Assembly (NCBI RefSeq): GCF_006345805.1
Contig: NC_042998.1
Coordinates: forward strand, 41,478,001 to 41,542,000
Source: Octopus sinensis
Taxonomy: Eukaryota
Reading direction: 5' to 3'
DNA: 64,000 bases
A program made the position numbers and the translations under genes. The notes under the pieces were generated by a model that was not told where the DNA came from, did not search any database, and saw only the letters and a list, made by a program, of their open reading frames with translations. How positions within the stretch are numbered: position 1 is the stretch's first letter; every line of letters starts with the position of its first letter. Positions 38,670 through 51,158 of this stretch are shown here, piece after piece.

Positions 38670-38679
38670 CTCTTTTTAG

Positions 38680-38765
38680 TTCCCGGACAGGAAAAGTAAG
38701 AGTTTTGTCTTTCAAAATTGGAGTTGTTTTAATGTCAAAGGCTCATCTTGAGGAAAAATATCGTT
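38680..38765 (+). CDS. DMD: Dystrophin exon (human exon 66 equivalent), EF-hand region
   Basis: ctctctttttag|TTCCCGG...CGTT|gtaagt; 86 nt, phase 2-1; [28 protein letters not shown](Y). Confidence 0.97.
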
Positions 38766-39460
38766 GTAAGTATTAATGTTTCTTTAAACAAATTAATATA
38801 TTTTATGTGTGGGCTTAACCAAGCATTTTAGAGAGTGATGTGTGTAAACATAAAAAAAACTCTTTAGAATTCTTTTAGTTCTAATAATTAATCATTCTGA
38901 TCTTTTAATATAAAATGGCTTATTCAATAAAGTATCCAAAAATCATATAGTAAAAATAATTCAACTTTCACAATATAAAAAAAGAAATAGCTTCCAGTTA
39001 CCAAGTAAAATACAACTAAGGTAGTTTCTGTTAGTGATGTAAAATTATGAAAACACCTGAGTGACTGGTTCAATCCATTGGTCTTTATGTTAGTATGTTT
39101 CCTTTCTTTCTATTTTTACTATAAGTAACTAGTTCATTACTGACAGCCTTCACAGTTTGTAGGAGTGGGTTATTCATTTATGTTCTGTTTTAGAGTTGTT
39201 TGTTATCTGAATCATTGTAAGTCACTGTCAAATTTTAAACAGTATCTCTGTTTAAATTTGTTTTAAATTTCTAATAGATATTTTTCTTGACATTAGTTAA
39301 ACTGTCAACTAGGATTTGAACTCTTTTGTGAGAGTTAGTTGATCAATGTCTTTTTTTAGTTAATTGTTTTGTTATGCACAGTTCTTTAATGTTTTTTTCA
39401 CTTCTCATGTGACTTGTCAAATACAAAATAAGAAATGAAGAATTGTACTTCTTTCGACAG

Positions 39461-39618
39461 ATTTGTTTCGACTAATTGCTGATGCAAATGGATTTGCAGA
39501 CCAGCGGAAACTTGGCTTGTTAATTCATGACTGTATGCAAATACCACGCCAACTTGGCGAAATTGCCTCATTTGGAGGAAGTAATATTGAACCAAGTGTC
39601 CGCAGCTGTTTTGAAAAG
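39461..39618 (+). CDS. DMD: Dystrophin exon (human exon 67 equivalent), EF-hand region 2
   Basis: cttctttcgacag|ATTTG...GAAAAG|gtaact; 158 nt, phase 1-0; [52 protein letters not shown]. Confidence 0.98.
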
Positions 39619-40089
39619 GTAACTGTCTTATCTCTCATTGCTGATTAATATACTTGCATATTTTCCAATTTAAGTCTGAATTCTGATTATTTCATACCTC
39701 TCCACCTTTTCTACTTACATCAATTTTGTTCATACTTGCATATAAGGACAATCATTTTATGTCTAGACAGCAATGTTATATCACCATAGTGTTTTTGTTA
39801 CCAGGCACACCTAATCAGCAGAACATGCATAGTTAGAATTTTATTATGGAATACTTAACATTTTCTTTCAAAATTTAATTCCTACTGATGTTTACTAGTG
39901 TGTGCATATGGTTGTATTTGTGTGCATATACATAGTCATACATATATACAGTTGTCCCTCAGTTAACATAGTATATCTTTATATATATATATCATTCTAT
40001 CTACTTGACTATCAGATGTCCTTATACATCACTGGTCACAATGTGCTTCTATTCTTCCCTTTATTGCACCCTTCATTTGTGCCCCCATA

Positions 40090-40560
40090 TTTTTTTCTCT
40101 TTTACTGTGGCATCTTCCCAGTCCAACTGGGGTTTTTTTCTGATCTTTTGAATGCCATTTGACAACTGCACAGGTCTGTTTGTTGTCATTCAGTTTTGTG
40201 ACATGTTTGGTCCAGCAGAAGTTATGCTTTCAGCATTTTGCAGCCACTTCTTTACTTCTCTCTCTTCTCAAATTACCTCATTTCCAATATGCTTCCATAA
40301 CAATATTCTTAGCATAGATCTTTCCATAGCTCTGTATCATAGCTCACATTTGTTCTTCCTTCTTTATGTAGCCTATGTCTCACTTGTATTTAGGTGCACA
40401 GGTTAAAGAGACTGGCATGCAGAGTCTTGTCTAGCTGTGCATTGAGTGTATCTTTAATCAAGGCAAATGCCTTCCATCATACTCTTATGCAGCACAAAAT
40501 TTCAATTTCCATGTTTCAGCATATATTATTGTCAGTCCCAAGTAGATGCACTCCTTCACC
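40090..40560 (-). mobile_element. Degenerate RTE LINE 3' fragment
   Basis: Minus-strand remnants resembling RAR.AWQSL...W.GHV..L.D...VV.W..K; heavily decayed. Confidence 0.5.
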
Positions 40561-40730
40561 TCCTCATTTTCATTATTTCCCCACAATATTCAACCTTGTG
40601 CTACATTTATTAATATTAATATAATACTAGCTGACTCCATTGATATTCCACCAATTAATTAGAAACAACCACTAAGTATTGAAGATCAATATGACATTTT
40701 AAATGTTTAACTTATAATAAAATGTGTATG

Positions 40731-40778
<48 letters not shown>

Positions 40779-41129
40779 CTAAGTACATACATATGACACA
40801 ACAAATAAATCAAATGAATTAAACAAATAACTAAAACTACTGGAATGGAATATTTTACTCATTTATAACTAGAAAATAAACAGTACATATACAAAAAAAA
40901 AAGGGAAAATGAACAATACTTTTTGTGAAAGTCCTTTTTTAGTTCACACACATATGAATGCTAATGGTTCACACTCATATACACATACCACCCCCAACTC
41001 TCTCCCACACACTTGTACACACTGCTAATTGTTGCATGTATGTTTACACATCAAAAGCATTCATATATATGCATGTGCTTGTAGCATTCACTCTCTCTCT
41101 CTCTCTCTCTCTCTCGAACACTTTTACCA

Positions 41130-41370
41130 TTCCCTTTCCACAGCATGACGAATTTTTTATACCACTTGAACTTACCATTAGCACTTTAATACAATACATT
41201 CTATCAGGACTTGGAAAAAAATGCCACCTCACAAATCTGCTTGCATTGTTGTGATGGGAGATTTCAATGGAAAGGTCAGAAAAGAGTAACAGAGCAGGAA
41301 ATGTGTTAGAAAATTTGGATTGGGGGAGAAAACTGAAACAGGTGAACATTTTGTCACCATAGCAGGAGGA
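41130..41370 (+). mobile_element. RTE LINE apurinic endonuclease fragment
   Basis: IVVMGDFNGKVRKE*..VRKFGLGEKTETGEHFV matches the GDFNAKVG..GKFGLGE.NE.GE motif. Confidence 0.75.
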
Positions 41371-43689
41371 ATGAAGACTTCCATCAAAATCCATGTGACA
41401 AAACTTGGCAGATAGTTGGTTTGGAGTTAACAATGAAAAGGCAACAGAAAGTATGTTAAAATCAGGAGCAACAGCTAATGGAAGAGTATGAGAGGAAAAA
41501 AACGAGGGAGTGAGAGAGATATAAATGAAATATAGATAGGGAGAAAAAGAAGATTTAAGTCACAGTAACTGGGTAAATCTCTTAAAATGACAAAACAGAC
41601 TGTGTCCTAGAATTATAGATAATTCTCAGTTAATCGGAAAAAAATCATCATCATCATTACTGGCATGAGTTAGATGGTTTGGCAGGAGCTAGCAAACCAG
41701 AGGATTGCGCCAAGCTCTACTGTGTGCTTTGGCATGTTTCTGTGGCTGGATGCCCTTCATAATGTCAACTCTTTATGGAGTGCACTAAGTGCTTTTTACG
41801 TGACACTGGCACTGGTGAGGTCATCAAGTAACTTGTAAGATAAAGACCTCAACTGAGAGGAGGGGAGGTGCCGAGTGATAGGAGATTAAACTATGAATAA
41901 GGATGGAAGAAGGTGTCTTGCTGTTGAGGTACATGGTTACTCCACTCAGACACAGAGGGTATGGTGGTGAAGATACGCCAAAGCATACCTTCAAGGTACA
42001 AGGAGGTGAATGTGGAGTTGTACGGAGGATTAGACCAAGTGAGTGAAAAGGGAGTTCATGAGAATACAAATAAACAGTGATGGGAGTAGGAAGTAGAAGG
42101 GAAACGCAGTGAGTGGGGAACACAAGCAAAAGAAGAATGGTGGGAGAGGGGAATGTGGCAAATGATGAACACTGGTATATAGCGGAGTGGCAGGATAGGA
42201 TAGGAAATAGAGCTGCCAAAGCAATGTTGGGCTGCAGGGTGAGGGTTTAAAAAAGAAATTAACATGGTAATACTCCTCATCAGTCATGTATCCTGGATTC
42301 ATTGCAGTTTCAGCACTAAACACAGTGTTGTTCATGTTCATCCATAAAATGCCAGTGGTTGTAAACAATCACTTGGATGAAAGATAGAACACTTTACTTA
42401 ACATTTAAAGGATAGTGTCTTGTAATTAAAATGAAGTAGTCAACCGATGCAGAGTTTTATGATTCAAATAAAAGAATATCTTTTAGCTGCTAAAGATAAA
42501 AATTAAGTTGATTCCAGTACAGATGTAAAAAGAAATGATTACTTTGTGAAAATAACTCCTAGGACAAACCAAGATATACTTATGCATACACAGGTGTGGG
42601 TATAGATACCAGCATGGCTGTGGGGTTGAGAAATTTTCTTCCCAACTACAAGCTTTCAGGTTCAGTCCCATTACATATCACCAGTCAAAACCTTGTGAGT
42701 GAATTTAGATGGAAACTGAAAGAAGGCTGTTGTATGCGTGTGAGTGTATGTTTGTGTCTCTTCGTCTTGACATTGCATGGTAGTTGTGAGTGTCACTACA
42801 GCATCATACATGCAGTGTGATTTATTTCCAGTATTCAGTAAAAGCATGTCCAGCCATGGGGAAATATTACTTGATTAGGACGCAGGTGAATGTTGGTGAC
42901 AGGAAGGGCACCCAGCTGAGAAAATTTCCGTAACACTCAGTGCTTCCTATTTACTACATTATTTTGCTACTATAAGTAATGAAATTAGAAACTGTGACGG
43001 CAAACCATTTCATATCACCATTTCTGTAGTGTAAGTCACTACTCTCTCTCTCCCCTAACATCTGTCTATCATTTCTTGCCCTCCTACCACTCATATTTAC
43101 CATCAGTCACCTCTTCCCCTGTTCACCATTCACTATATTCACCACCTTTATACAGCTAACCACTTCCAACTCTCTGCCCCCCCCACACACACACACTCTT
43201 GCAAACTCACCCTCCGCTACTGATTCTCCTATCCCCATGCTCTATTCTGTTCAACATCTAAGACATAGTTACCTTTAGGATATGTTCTAGCACCTGTGCA
43301 ACACCACATTTACCTCTTTGTGGCACCACTTCAATCAAACTCACTCATGCAAAATGTAAAAAGCCATGAATCTCCTCCTCAACAAACTTATCCCAACTCC
43401 TCCCATCTTACATTAACCTCTCAACACCTTTTATAAAGTGACTGCTCTGTCTCCTATCCTCCCTTTCAGACAAGAGAGCTCTTTAGTCTTGTAGCCACAC
43501 TAATGCTGGTAGTGCAATAAAGGCCCCCAGCAACCTCTGTAAAATATTTAACATTAGGAAGGCATCCAACCACAGAAACCATTCCAAAACATGATCCTCT
43601 AACCTTTTGGATTCTGTCTAATCATCCAATCTATGCCAGTGTGGAAAACAAGCATAATGATGATGATTTTTATATATAATAATATAATA

Positions 43690-43985
43690 ATAATTAGTGT
43701 GTATAATGCTCAGGTGTACTACAACTCATCAAAGGTGCATGTACAGTACATAGAATTATGTACAAAAGTCAGGAAAGTGAACAGTGTAAGAGTCATGATA
43801 TACATGCGTGCATGCGTATGGGGGGAGTGATATCAGGTGTAGTGTTGGTAAATTTCAGGAAGCATGGAAGTTTTAAAGGATGCAATGTCTCAGCAAACTA
43901 ACAACTGATGTAGGTAGTTTGTTCCATGCTTCAGCAACTCTGAGTGTGAAAAAATATTTCCGAAAGTCATAGGAGCTGTGCTGTT
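43690..43985 (-). mobile_element. CR1/L2-type LINE 3' end
   Basis: Minus strand DFRKYFFTLRVAEAWNKLPTSVV..ASFKTSML (FF..RV...WN.LP motif); near-identical family copy at 45985-46265, short copy at 36843-36960. Confidence 0.8.
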
Positions 43986-44565
43986 TTCTGATTTTGTAGG
44001 TATGCCCACACAACTCTTACTGTAATGTCTGTGTCCTTAAGATAAGCATTTATTTGAGTTTATATCATGCAAGTAATATTCCAATAGCATGGTTGAGCAT
44101 TGGCTCTTTTGTATCCCTTTAAACTACCCAAAAATTGTAAAATAAAAAAGAATATTTAACTTTCTACTGTCCAGTCTATTATATATAAGTTTAGCAAATA
44201 TGAGAGGTAAACAAGGATAGTCAGAAGAATTCTGAGGCTCATAATGGAGTTCAGCAGCATGAGTGTATAGGAAATACAATCAGAAGTGGATATCTGTATT
44301 AGTGACTCTATTGTATGATTTTATATACACTTAAGCTTTTCACTATTTATCTCATGTTATTGAAATTGGTAATAAAACTGATATGAATTGAAAATTACTT
44401 GCGTTGTTTATATTCTGAAAAAGGGGAGGTAACCAGCACTAACTCTCACAAATCTTATCTTTTTTAATTCTTTATTATTCATTTAAAAAATAAAGGTGCT
44501 CCCTAAATGTAATCTGTTTTCATAAAGATTTTTTTTCTAATGTCTTTTTTTCCTTCACATTTCAG

Positions 44566-44732
44566 GCAAGTAGTCATCCTGAAATTCAAGCCGCTCAGTT
44601 TGTTGATTGGATGCGACTAGAACCACAGTCAATGGTGTGGTTACCAGTTCTTCATCGGTTAGCAGCTGCTGAGACTGCCAAACATCAAGCCAAATGTAAC
44701 ATATGTAAAGAATTCCCCATTATTGGCTTTAG
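44566..44732 (+). CDS. DMD: Dystrophin exon (human exon 68 equivalent), EF2 end and ZZ finger N-half
   Basis: tccttcacatttcag|GCAAGT...TTTAG|gtaaga; 167 nt, phase 0-2; [55 protein letters not shown](R); missed by the ORF track. Confidence 0.98.
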
Positions 44733-45984
44733 GTAAGATAAAATTTTTTCAAGATAATTTTTGTTTTATTTTCTATTACATTTTTTTGTACACGTGGTGT
44801 AGGGTTTTGCACAGATTCTAGTGAGATAGTATTTGATAGAAAAAAATCTTATTGTCATAAGGATATGGATGCATGTAGTTAAAACTTTTAGGTTTATTTT
44901 TAAAATGTACTCATGTTAAGCATATATAAAATTTTGTTAGGGTGTTTTTTTTCTTTACATTTTGGCTCTGAGAAGGAGATATTTAGCTAAGATTGTTTCA
45001 TATACTTTCATGCTACTCGTTGTGCTACTCTAAATTTTTTGAAATATTCAAAGATTTCACCCTTCATATTAGACAGAATGAAGAATTCTAAATTAATATT
45101 GGACTCAAATCATACATATATATCACTGCTGAACAATTGCAATACTAAATATTATTTACATCAATCTATCAAGTTGATTATTAAAGAGATTAGTTTGTAG
45201 CTTAAATAAGAAACAAAATTTGTTAGATATTAACTGGTTAAATTTTGAAATCTGAAAAATATCACAATATGTGGAAAAGAAGTTGTCTTGATTAAGTCTT
45301 CCACCGCATTATTATTTTATGTTTTATAGTTAGAACAACAGTTTAATTGAAAATCTATAAGACTTTATAAATTTTGTGTGGAACCTATTTTCCTTTTGTT
45401 CCTACCATTGCTGTAAAATGTTCTGTTTTGAAAACAAGCTTATAACAGTCAATATTATTCTGTTGATGGGAAGTAACTCAGTTGACTTTAGATAACTTTT
45501 TTTCAAACAGAAATTTGTTATCAAGAATCTATAAACGAGCGTCTACATAAGTTAATTGACTTATTATACTGACAATGAAATCTTTGAAAGAAAATCCTGT
45601 CATAAATATCAAGATTGCATTTATGAAATATTAACCTTGATGTATCTCCAGCACAGTAAAGTTATTCAGATTTAAAACACAGTAGTTGTGCTATATATTA
45701 TGGAAAATAAATTGTCAATGAACTCTTAATTTGATAAGTAAAAATAATGTAGGGAAAAAATTTTAATGTAATCTTATGATTTAACCTTCCTATATGGAGT
45801 TATAGATAACAAGTTTAAAGCAAAACAGTTTGATTTGTACTTTTTAAAAGATTTTCAAAATAGAAACAAAAATTCATGTTTTTCCTACTAGTATCAGTCA
45901 TTGAACTGCAGTTATGCTGGGGGACCACCTTTATGGGTTTAGTCAATAAGTACCCTAGTACTTATTTTTAAATAATAATAATGA

Positions 45985-46265
45985 AATTATTGTATACAGT
46001 GCTCAGGTGCACCACAACTTGTCAGAAAGTGTGTATAAAGTGTATGCAGTAATGTACAAATGTCTGGAAAGTGAACAATGTATGAGTCAGATACATGATT
46101 GTGTGTGTATGGAGGGGTGAAAATGAGGTGTAGTGTTGGCGAATCTCAGAAAGCATGGACGTTTTGAAGGATGCAGTGCTCTGACAACTAACAACTGATA
46201 CCGGCAGTTTGTTCTATGCTTCAGCAACTCTCAGCATGAAAAAATGTTTCCTGAAGTCATGGTGT
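45985..46265 (-). mobile_element. CR1/L2-type LINE 3' end (second copy)
   Basis: HDFRKHFFMLRVAEA*NKLPVSVVSCQSTASFKTSML; same family as 43690-43985. Confidence 0.8.
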
Positions 46266-48744
46266 TTATCATGTCAGTTTTCTTTTTGCCAGACTACTGA
46301 TTTAAAGGGTTATAAACAAAATAATGCTGGTTCAGTAAGAGTCAAGCACGTACAGAGACATGCATGCCAATGCACACACACACACACTTACCAATATACT
46401 TACAATGGGCCTCTACACACTTTCTGTCTGCCAAATCCATCCAAGATACTGAACCCTAAACCTAAAGATATGTCATTTCCAAACAAAATTTTTAACCACA
46501 CAGCTGTAGCATCACTGCTGTTTATGTCGTAGAATTACATATAGAGTATAGATGTGTTATCAAAAATGTACATTGAATAACATATGAATAATTTATCACT
46601 TACGTAAAATTTTACTAACAACCATGGTTTTTACATCCATCATATATCCCATTTGTTCGTTGCATCTGACTAGTTTCACTTACTTTGATTCAAATAATAA
46701 ACATATTTACCTCAAACTATGAATCATATCACTTATGTTTGGTTTATTTAGTTATATTGTGCATATTATAACACCTAAGTGGTCATTAGAAAACTTGGGT
46801 TTTCTAATAGGAACTGAGTTGGGGATGAAATAAAAAACATTTTAATTAACTGTAGAATTATTAAACTTTGATTTGATGGGTTATAAATGGAAATCTATTT
46901 TGGTTGCCATTTAGTGGGGTCCACTCAGTCATAACTTTCTTCCTACCAGTTTTGAGCAGGGCCCAGAAGAAAATACAGCAAATATCACTGCTATTCCTCT
47001 TCTAAGTGATAAAAAACACTATTTTTCATATTTTCGTTTCTAGATTGAACTTGAAGATTTCAAAACCTATTGAAGGTTTCGAAAATAAAGTTTGATTTTA
47101 TATTGATATGTTAGATAACCAGAAATGTTATGTGAATGCAATAGATGTGCCAATTTTAAATGTAGCAAAATAAGTGATAAAATGAAAGTTATTTTTCTGA
47201 GAAAGAACACTTTAGTAATTTGCTGTAGATGGAATTGGTGAGAATTAAGTAAATAAGTTCTGTTGGCTAGAAGTGGATTAAAGTAGAAATAAGTTTTTTA
47301 GATGTTGGTCTAAATAAACTACAATGTTTTTGCTTTGAAAAACATTAAGAAGTCAAATTTTAATGTCAAAACATGATTGGTTTTATAAATGTTATTTTAA
47401 TCTCCATTTTCTTACAAATGTGCCACAACCTATGTTTAAGCAAAAAGTTAATATAGAAAATATTATTTTAAAATTTCCTATCTATAGCATTTTACACAAT
47501 TTGAATAAAATATTTCTGTATATGAGCTCAAATAAATGGTTGTCCTGCAATTTAGTTTTTTCCTTTTGTTTAAATATAATGGCAATATTTCTAAGTAAAT
47601 TTAAGTTTGTTCCATTACTGATTTAGTAATTAAGTTAGTTGCTGCCTCATTTGATACTATTGTTCTTACTTTTGCTATTGATGTTTTTTAGCTACATTTA
47701 CTTATGCTGTTTGACATCATCATTTCATACAATATTTCTTATGATGCAAATATTGTTTTCTAATTTTAGCAACCAATGTGCTTTATTTCATAATTATTTT
47801 CACTAGTGACTTTTAATAGAAATAAATTCTCTGTCATTGTGATTTTAAAGTGCTCTAAGTAAATAAAAAGAAATTATTTTGTTCTTTACTCTTTACATTA
47901 AAATCGTTTATTGTTTATGCAAATAAAATTCCTGATATTGGAAAATGTATTCTTGCTGTTTTGATAGTATTGTGACCTTCAGAAAAATAAATAATATCGT
48001 CTTAGTTTTCCAGATGCTGGAAACACAGAAACTTTCTGATTATTTGCACTGTTTGAAGTTTGTTTTGAAATAATTTAGTTAGGGAAGGAGAAGCAGTGCT
48101 GGTGACCTTTGCAAGTCTTTTCAGATTGATGAAATTGATGCATCCTTTGCCTAACTTGAACTTCTAATAAAAACAACATGAGTGGGGAAGTAACTAGGGG
48201 TTCTGGTTCAGATGCTTTCAATAGACTTTGTAAAGGCATTAAGGTAGTCAAATAAATATTTAAACTTCATATACCCACAGAACCTTGTAGCCTGTAGCAA
48301 GTTAACACTTCATTGTGCTAGGAAATCTTTAGCTTAGGTTAAGTGATAGCTAACCTACTCAATGAGACAATTTCCCTAGTTATTCATGTTTATCTGTTTG
48401 ATGTAGGCATACCAGTCATAAATTGTTTCCTTTTTTAGTCTGATGTTCTGTATGGTGGCACTGCTACTGGCTTGTATGTTTCATGGCAAAGATTGAATAC
48501 AAAACAAGGTATCCTGAGACTAATAACATTATTGAGCTTACTTGCTTCTTACACTAGCCTGGCCTTGTGAATTATATGGATAAATTTACTTGGAAATGGA
48601 TGCGTGGTATTCAATCAAATAATAATATAAATAATATATATATATATATATATATGACTAATGTAGGATAAAATAATAGTTAATTGACAATTTTTGTCTT
48701 TTTTCGGCATATTTGGCATTAGAATTTTTCTTTTGCTCTTATAT

Positions 48745-48757
48745 TGTAAATTATTAT

Positions 48758-48815
<58 letters not shown>

Positions 48816-48830
48816 TATATACACATGCAT
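48745..48830. repeat. (TA)n microsatellite (one of many: 10766-10812, 24927-24965, 40735-40773, 49626-49650, 50240-50264, 58617-58640)
   Basis: Direct reading. Confidence 0.95.
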
Positions 48831-49704
48831 ATATGGGTACAGGATGTCAACAACATGAAATACGAAAGCAAATGAGTTCAATACGCAAACAACAAGAGAA
48901 ACAAATGGAAAACAGGACAAGTAACATAAAAGACGACTCTTCATCAGTTGTCGGCGAGCGAAATTCTGTCTGTCCATCTGGAACCCCTATATCTCAGTCT
49001 ACATTTACTTTACATAGGCATATTATACCTTTTTAGAATCAGGATGATTGAAAATCTGCCCTTCATTTGGTTATTGAACATCCAGCATTAGGATCTGATC
49101 TAGAAGCATTTGGGTTGTTATTTCTTGCAGGTAAAGCTTGGCTGATTCATACCATCTTGGTTGGCATTTGTCAGATGACATCAGAAATCAAGAGAGAGAT
49201 AAATGACATTCGCTTCATTAATTTTACATCAAGATAAGAACTTTGGGACAAATTGGCCAACAGCTGAAATTCAATTTGAGACTGGAACAATAGAATGATA
49301 GTATTACAGAATTAATTCTCATCCATCTTTAACTTCTGATCAAGCACTACCAAGGCATTTAGTCATTATGGACATATTATAGTCATGCTATTTAGCTGTC
49401 TTTAGTTTTAGGCTGCAGGCCCAATTGGCCTTCTATAGGTGCTATCTTAAAAATCCACACAGAGTGCGACTTTTGGTCTAGTATATAATAAATGAAGAAT
49501 GAAATAGCTAGTTTACAGTTATTCCGAAAACATTGAGGTGACAAATCATACATTATATATGTAGATTTGGATGAGTGCTGCCTGAGATAAACGTTGAATT
49601 ATCTGATCACTACTCAACTTCTCACTATATATATATATATATATATATATTATTGGTGAATTGAAGAAATGGAGCTGAACGCAGATTGAACAGAAATCGT
49701 TTTA

Positions 49705-49793
49705 TTTCATTCTACACGTGTTTCGAAAGGCACAAATTACCAAAATCCGATTGAATAATGGGACCATATTGTGTCTTTCTCTTCAGGAAGAAA
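49705..49793 (-). ncRNA. Mirror copy of the hammerhead ribozyme on the minus strand
   Basis: Exact reverse complement of 49938-50026 within the left palindrome arm; predicted cleavage between 49713 and 49712. Confidence 0.78.
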
Positions 49794-49937
49794 AAAGGAA
49801 ATCCGTTGGAAAAACAAAAACAGAACAGAGGCGGAGCAAAAACAAATCGAATTATGCTCCTGGGCTCTTAGGAGCATAATTCGATTTGTTTTTGCTCCAC
49901 CTCTGTTCTGTTTTTGTTTTTCCAACGGATTTCCTTT

Positions 49938-50026
49938 TTTCTTCCTGAAGAGAAAGACACAATATGGTCCCATTATTCAATCGGATTTTGGTAATTTGTG
50001 CCTTTCGAAACACGTGTAGAATGAAA
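49938..50026 (+). ncRNA. Minimal type I hammerhead ribozyme (Penelope-like-element type)
   Basis: Stem I tttcttc(49938-44)/gaa-t-gaaa(50019-26); core CTGAAGA 49945-51; stem II GAAAGaCACAA...TTGTGcCTTTC (10 of 11 bp, closed by G10.1-C11.1); GAAA 50007-10; palindromic stem III ACACGTGT; cleavage triplet GUA (after 50018); AATAAA at 50025-30. Confidence 0.8.
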
Positions 50027-50262
50027 TAAAACGATTTCTGTTCAATCTGCGTTCAGCTCCATTTCTTCAATTCACCAATAATGTTTTAATTTCAATTATC
50101 CGCACCAACGCACGGTTGCAACGCCAGATGGTTGTACCTCCAACCGTGCTGTTTACTGCTGTGATTTTTGCTACTAAGGTATCGGTTAAACTTTTGATTA
50201 ATCTACTACAAGATTATTCATCTTTCTATTTCACATAATTATATATATATATATATATATAT

Positions 50263-51158
50263 ATGAAATCTGATCAATAAGTATCCGGACCGTTGCCTTA
50301 GTAACAAAGCTAAAGTATGCAGGGTGAAGTTGCTTGGCACAGATTAACCTTGAACTCTGCTGTGCATGTGCACTAAGTTTTAACATTCTAGTTCATTTCT
50401 GCTGTTTATAGCTGTGCTTGGAAGGAAGGTATGTAGTGTGTGATCATCACATTGACCATGACAGAGAAAGTTGTCATGGTGATATCTGTTTAGAGCCCTA
50501 CACAAAGTTACAGAAAGTGTTTGGAGAGGAGTGTATAAGCTTCATACAAGTGTATGAGTGGTTCAGACATTTCCAAGACGGCTAAAAAATGTTGATATTG
50601 ACGAACGTTCTGAGAGGCCCACAACCAGCAGAACTGAGAAAAACATTGCAGATGTGCATGCAGCTGTGAGGAGAAATTGTCGAATAACCATCCATGAGTT
50701 ATCAGAGAGGATGTGCAGATTAGTTATGTTTCAGTTCAGTCCATTATCACTGAAGATTTGGGTATGAAATGCATGTCTGCCAAGCTTGTGCCAAAACTGC
50801 TTTCAGCTGACCAAAACGACACTTGGGGTTTCAGTTGCACAAGATCTCCTTGATTGTGCTAAGATCGATCAAAACTTTTTGGAAACTTTGCATAGGTCTC
50901 TGAGCAGGTATCGCCAAGCTTTTAGCAAAATTTGAAGCAGATTCTCTGCTCAACTTTCTCTGTCATGGTCAATGCAATGATCACATGCTACACACCTTCC
51001 TTCCAAGCACTGCTTTAAACAGCAGAAGTGAGCTAGAATGTTAAAACTTAGTGCACATGCACAGCAGAGTTCAAAGTGAATCTGTGCCAAGTGGCTTCAC
51101 TCTCCATGCTTTAGCTTCATTACTATAGCAACAGTCCGGATACTTATTGGGAGGACTA
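50263..51158. mobile_element. Non-autonomous mariner derivative with about 200-bp inverted arms
   Basis: Arms 50275-50473 and 50951-51149, about 89% identical by hand count with no indels; TA flanks. Internal + strand transposase N-terminus VYEWFRHFQDG*KNVDIDERSERPTTS..RITIHELSE..AKLVPKLLS (HTH and WVPHEL-like); inverted MTEKVEQRICFKFC on the minus strand. Confidence 0.9.

Larger units (their letters stand above)
49649..50082. repeat. Near-perfect palindrome: 213-bp inverted arms, 8-nt spacer
   Basis: Base-by-base check: 49649-49861 is the reverse complement of 49870-50082 except one position (C49832 opposite A49899); spacer gggctctt. Confidence 0.97.
49651..50240 (+). mobile_element. Non-autonomous Penelope-like (PLE) fragment with 5' inverted pLTR segment, inside a (TA)n tract
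   Basis: Hammerhead plus AATAAA module, inverted 5' duplicate, (TA)n on both sides (49626-49650, 50240-50264). The 3' part has a 9-bp hairpin gcacggttg/caaccgtgc. No RT or GIY-YIG coding sequence is present, so the family call is inference. Confidence 0.6.

Noticed and set aside
42250-42370. 2A-like NPG motif in minus ORF 42030-42368 (SAETAMNPGY)
   Set aside because: Lacks the D(V/I)ExNPGP consensus; lies in decayed repeat-like sequence.
48833-49000. Possible third hammerhead (minus-strand CTGATGA at 48941-48947; ORF 48833-49036)
   Set aside because: No GAAA closing a stem II downstream on the same strand; only a half motif. It may be a decayed PLE piece. The ORF has no recognisable homology.
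49121-49136. Recursive splice-site candidate TTTCTTGCAG|GTAAAG (similar at about 1175)
   Set aside because: The donor lacks +5 G and such matches are expected by chance in 16-kb AT-rich introns.
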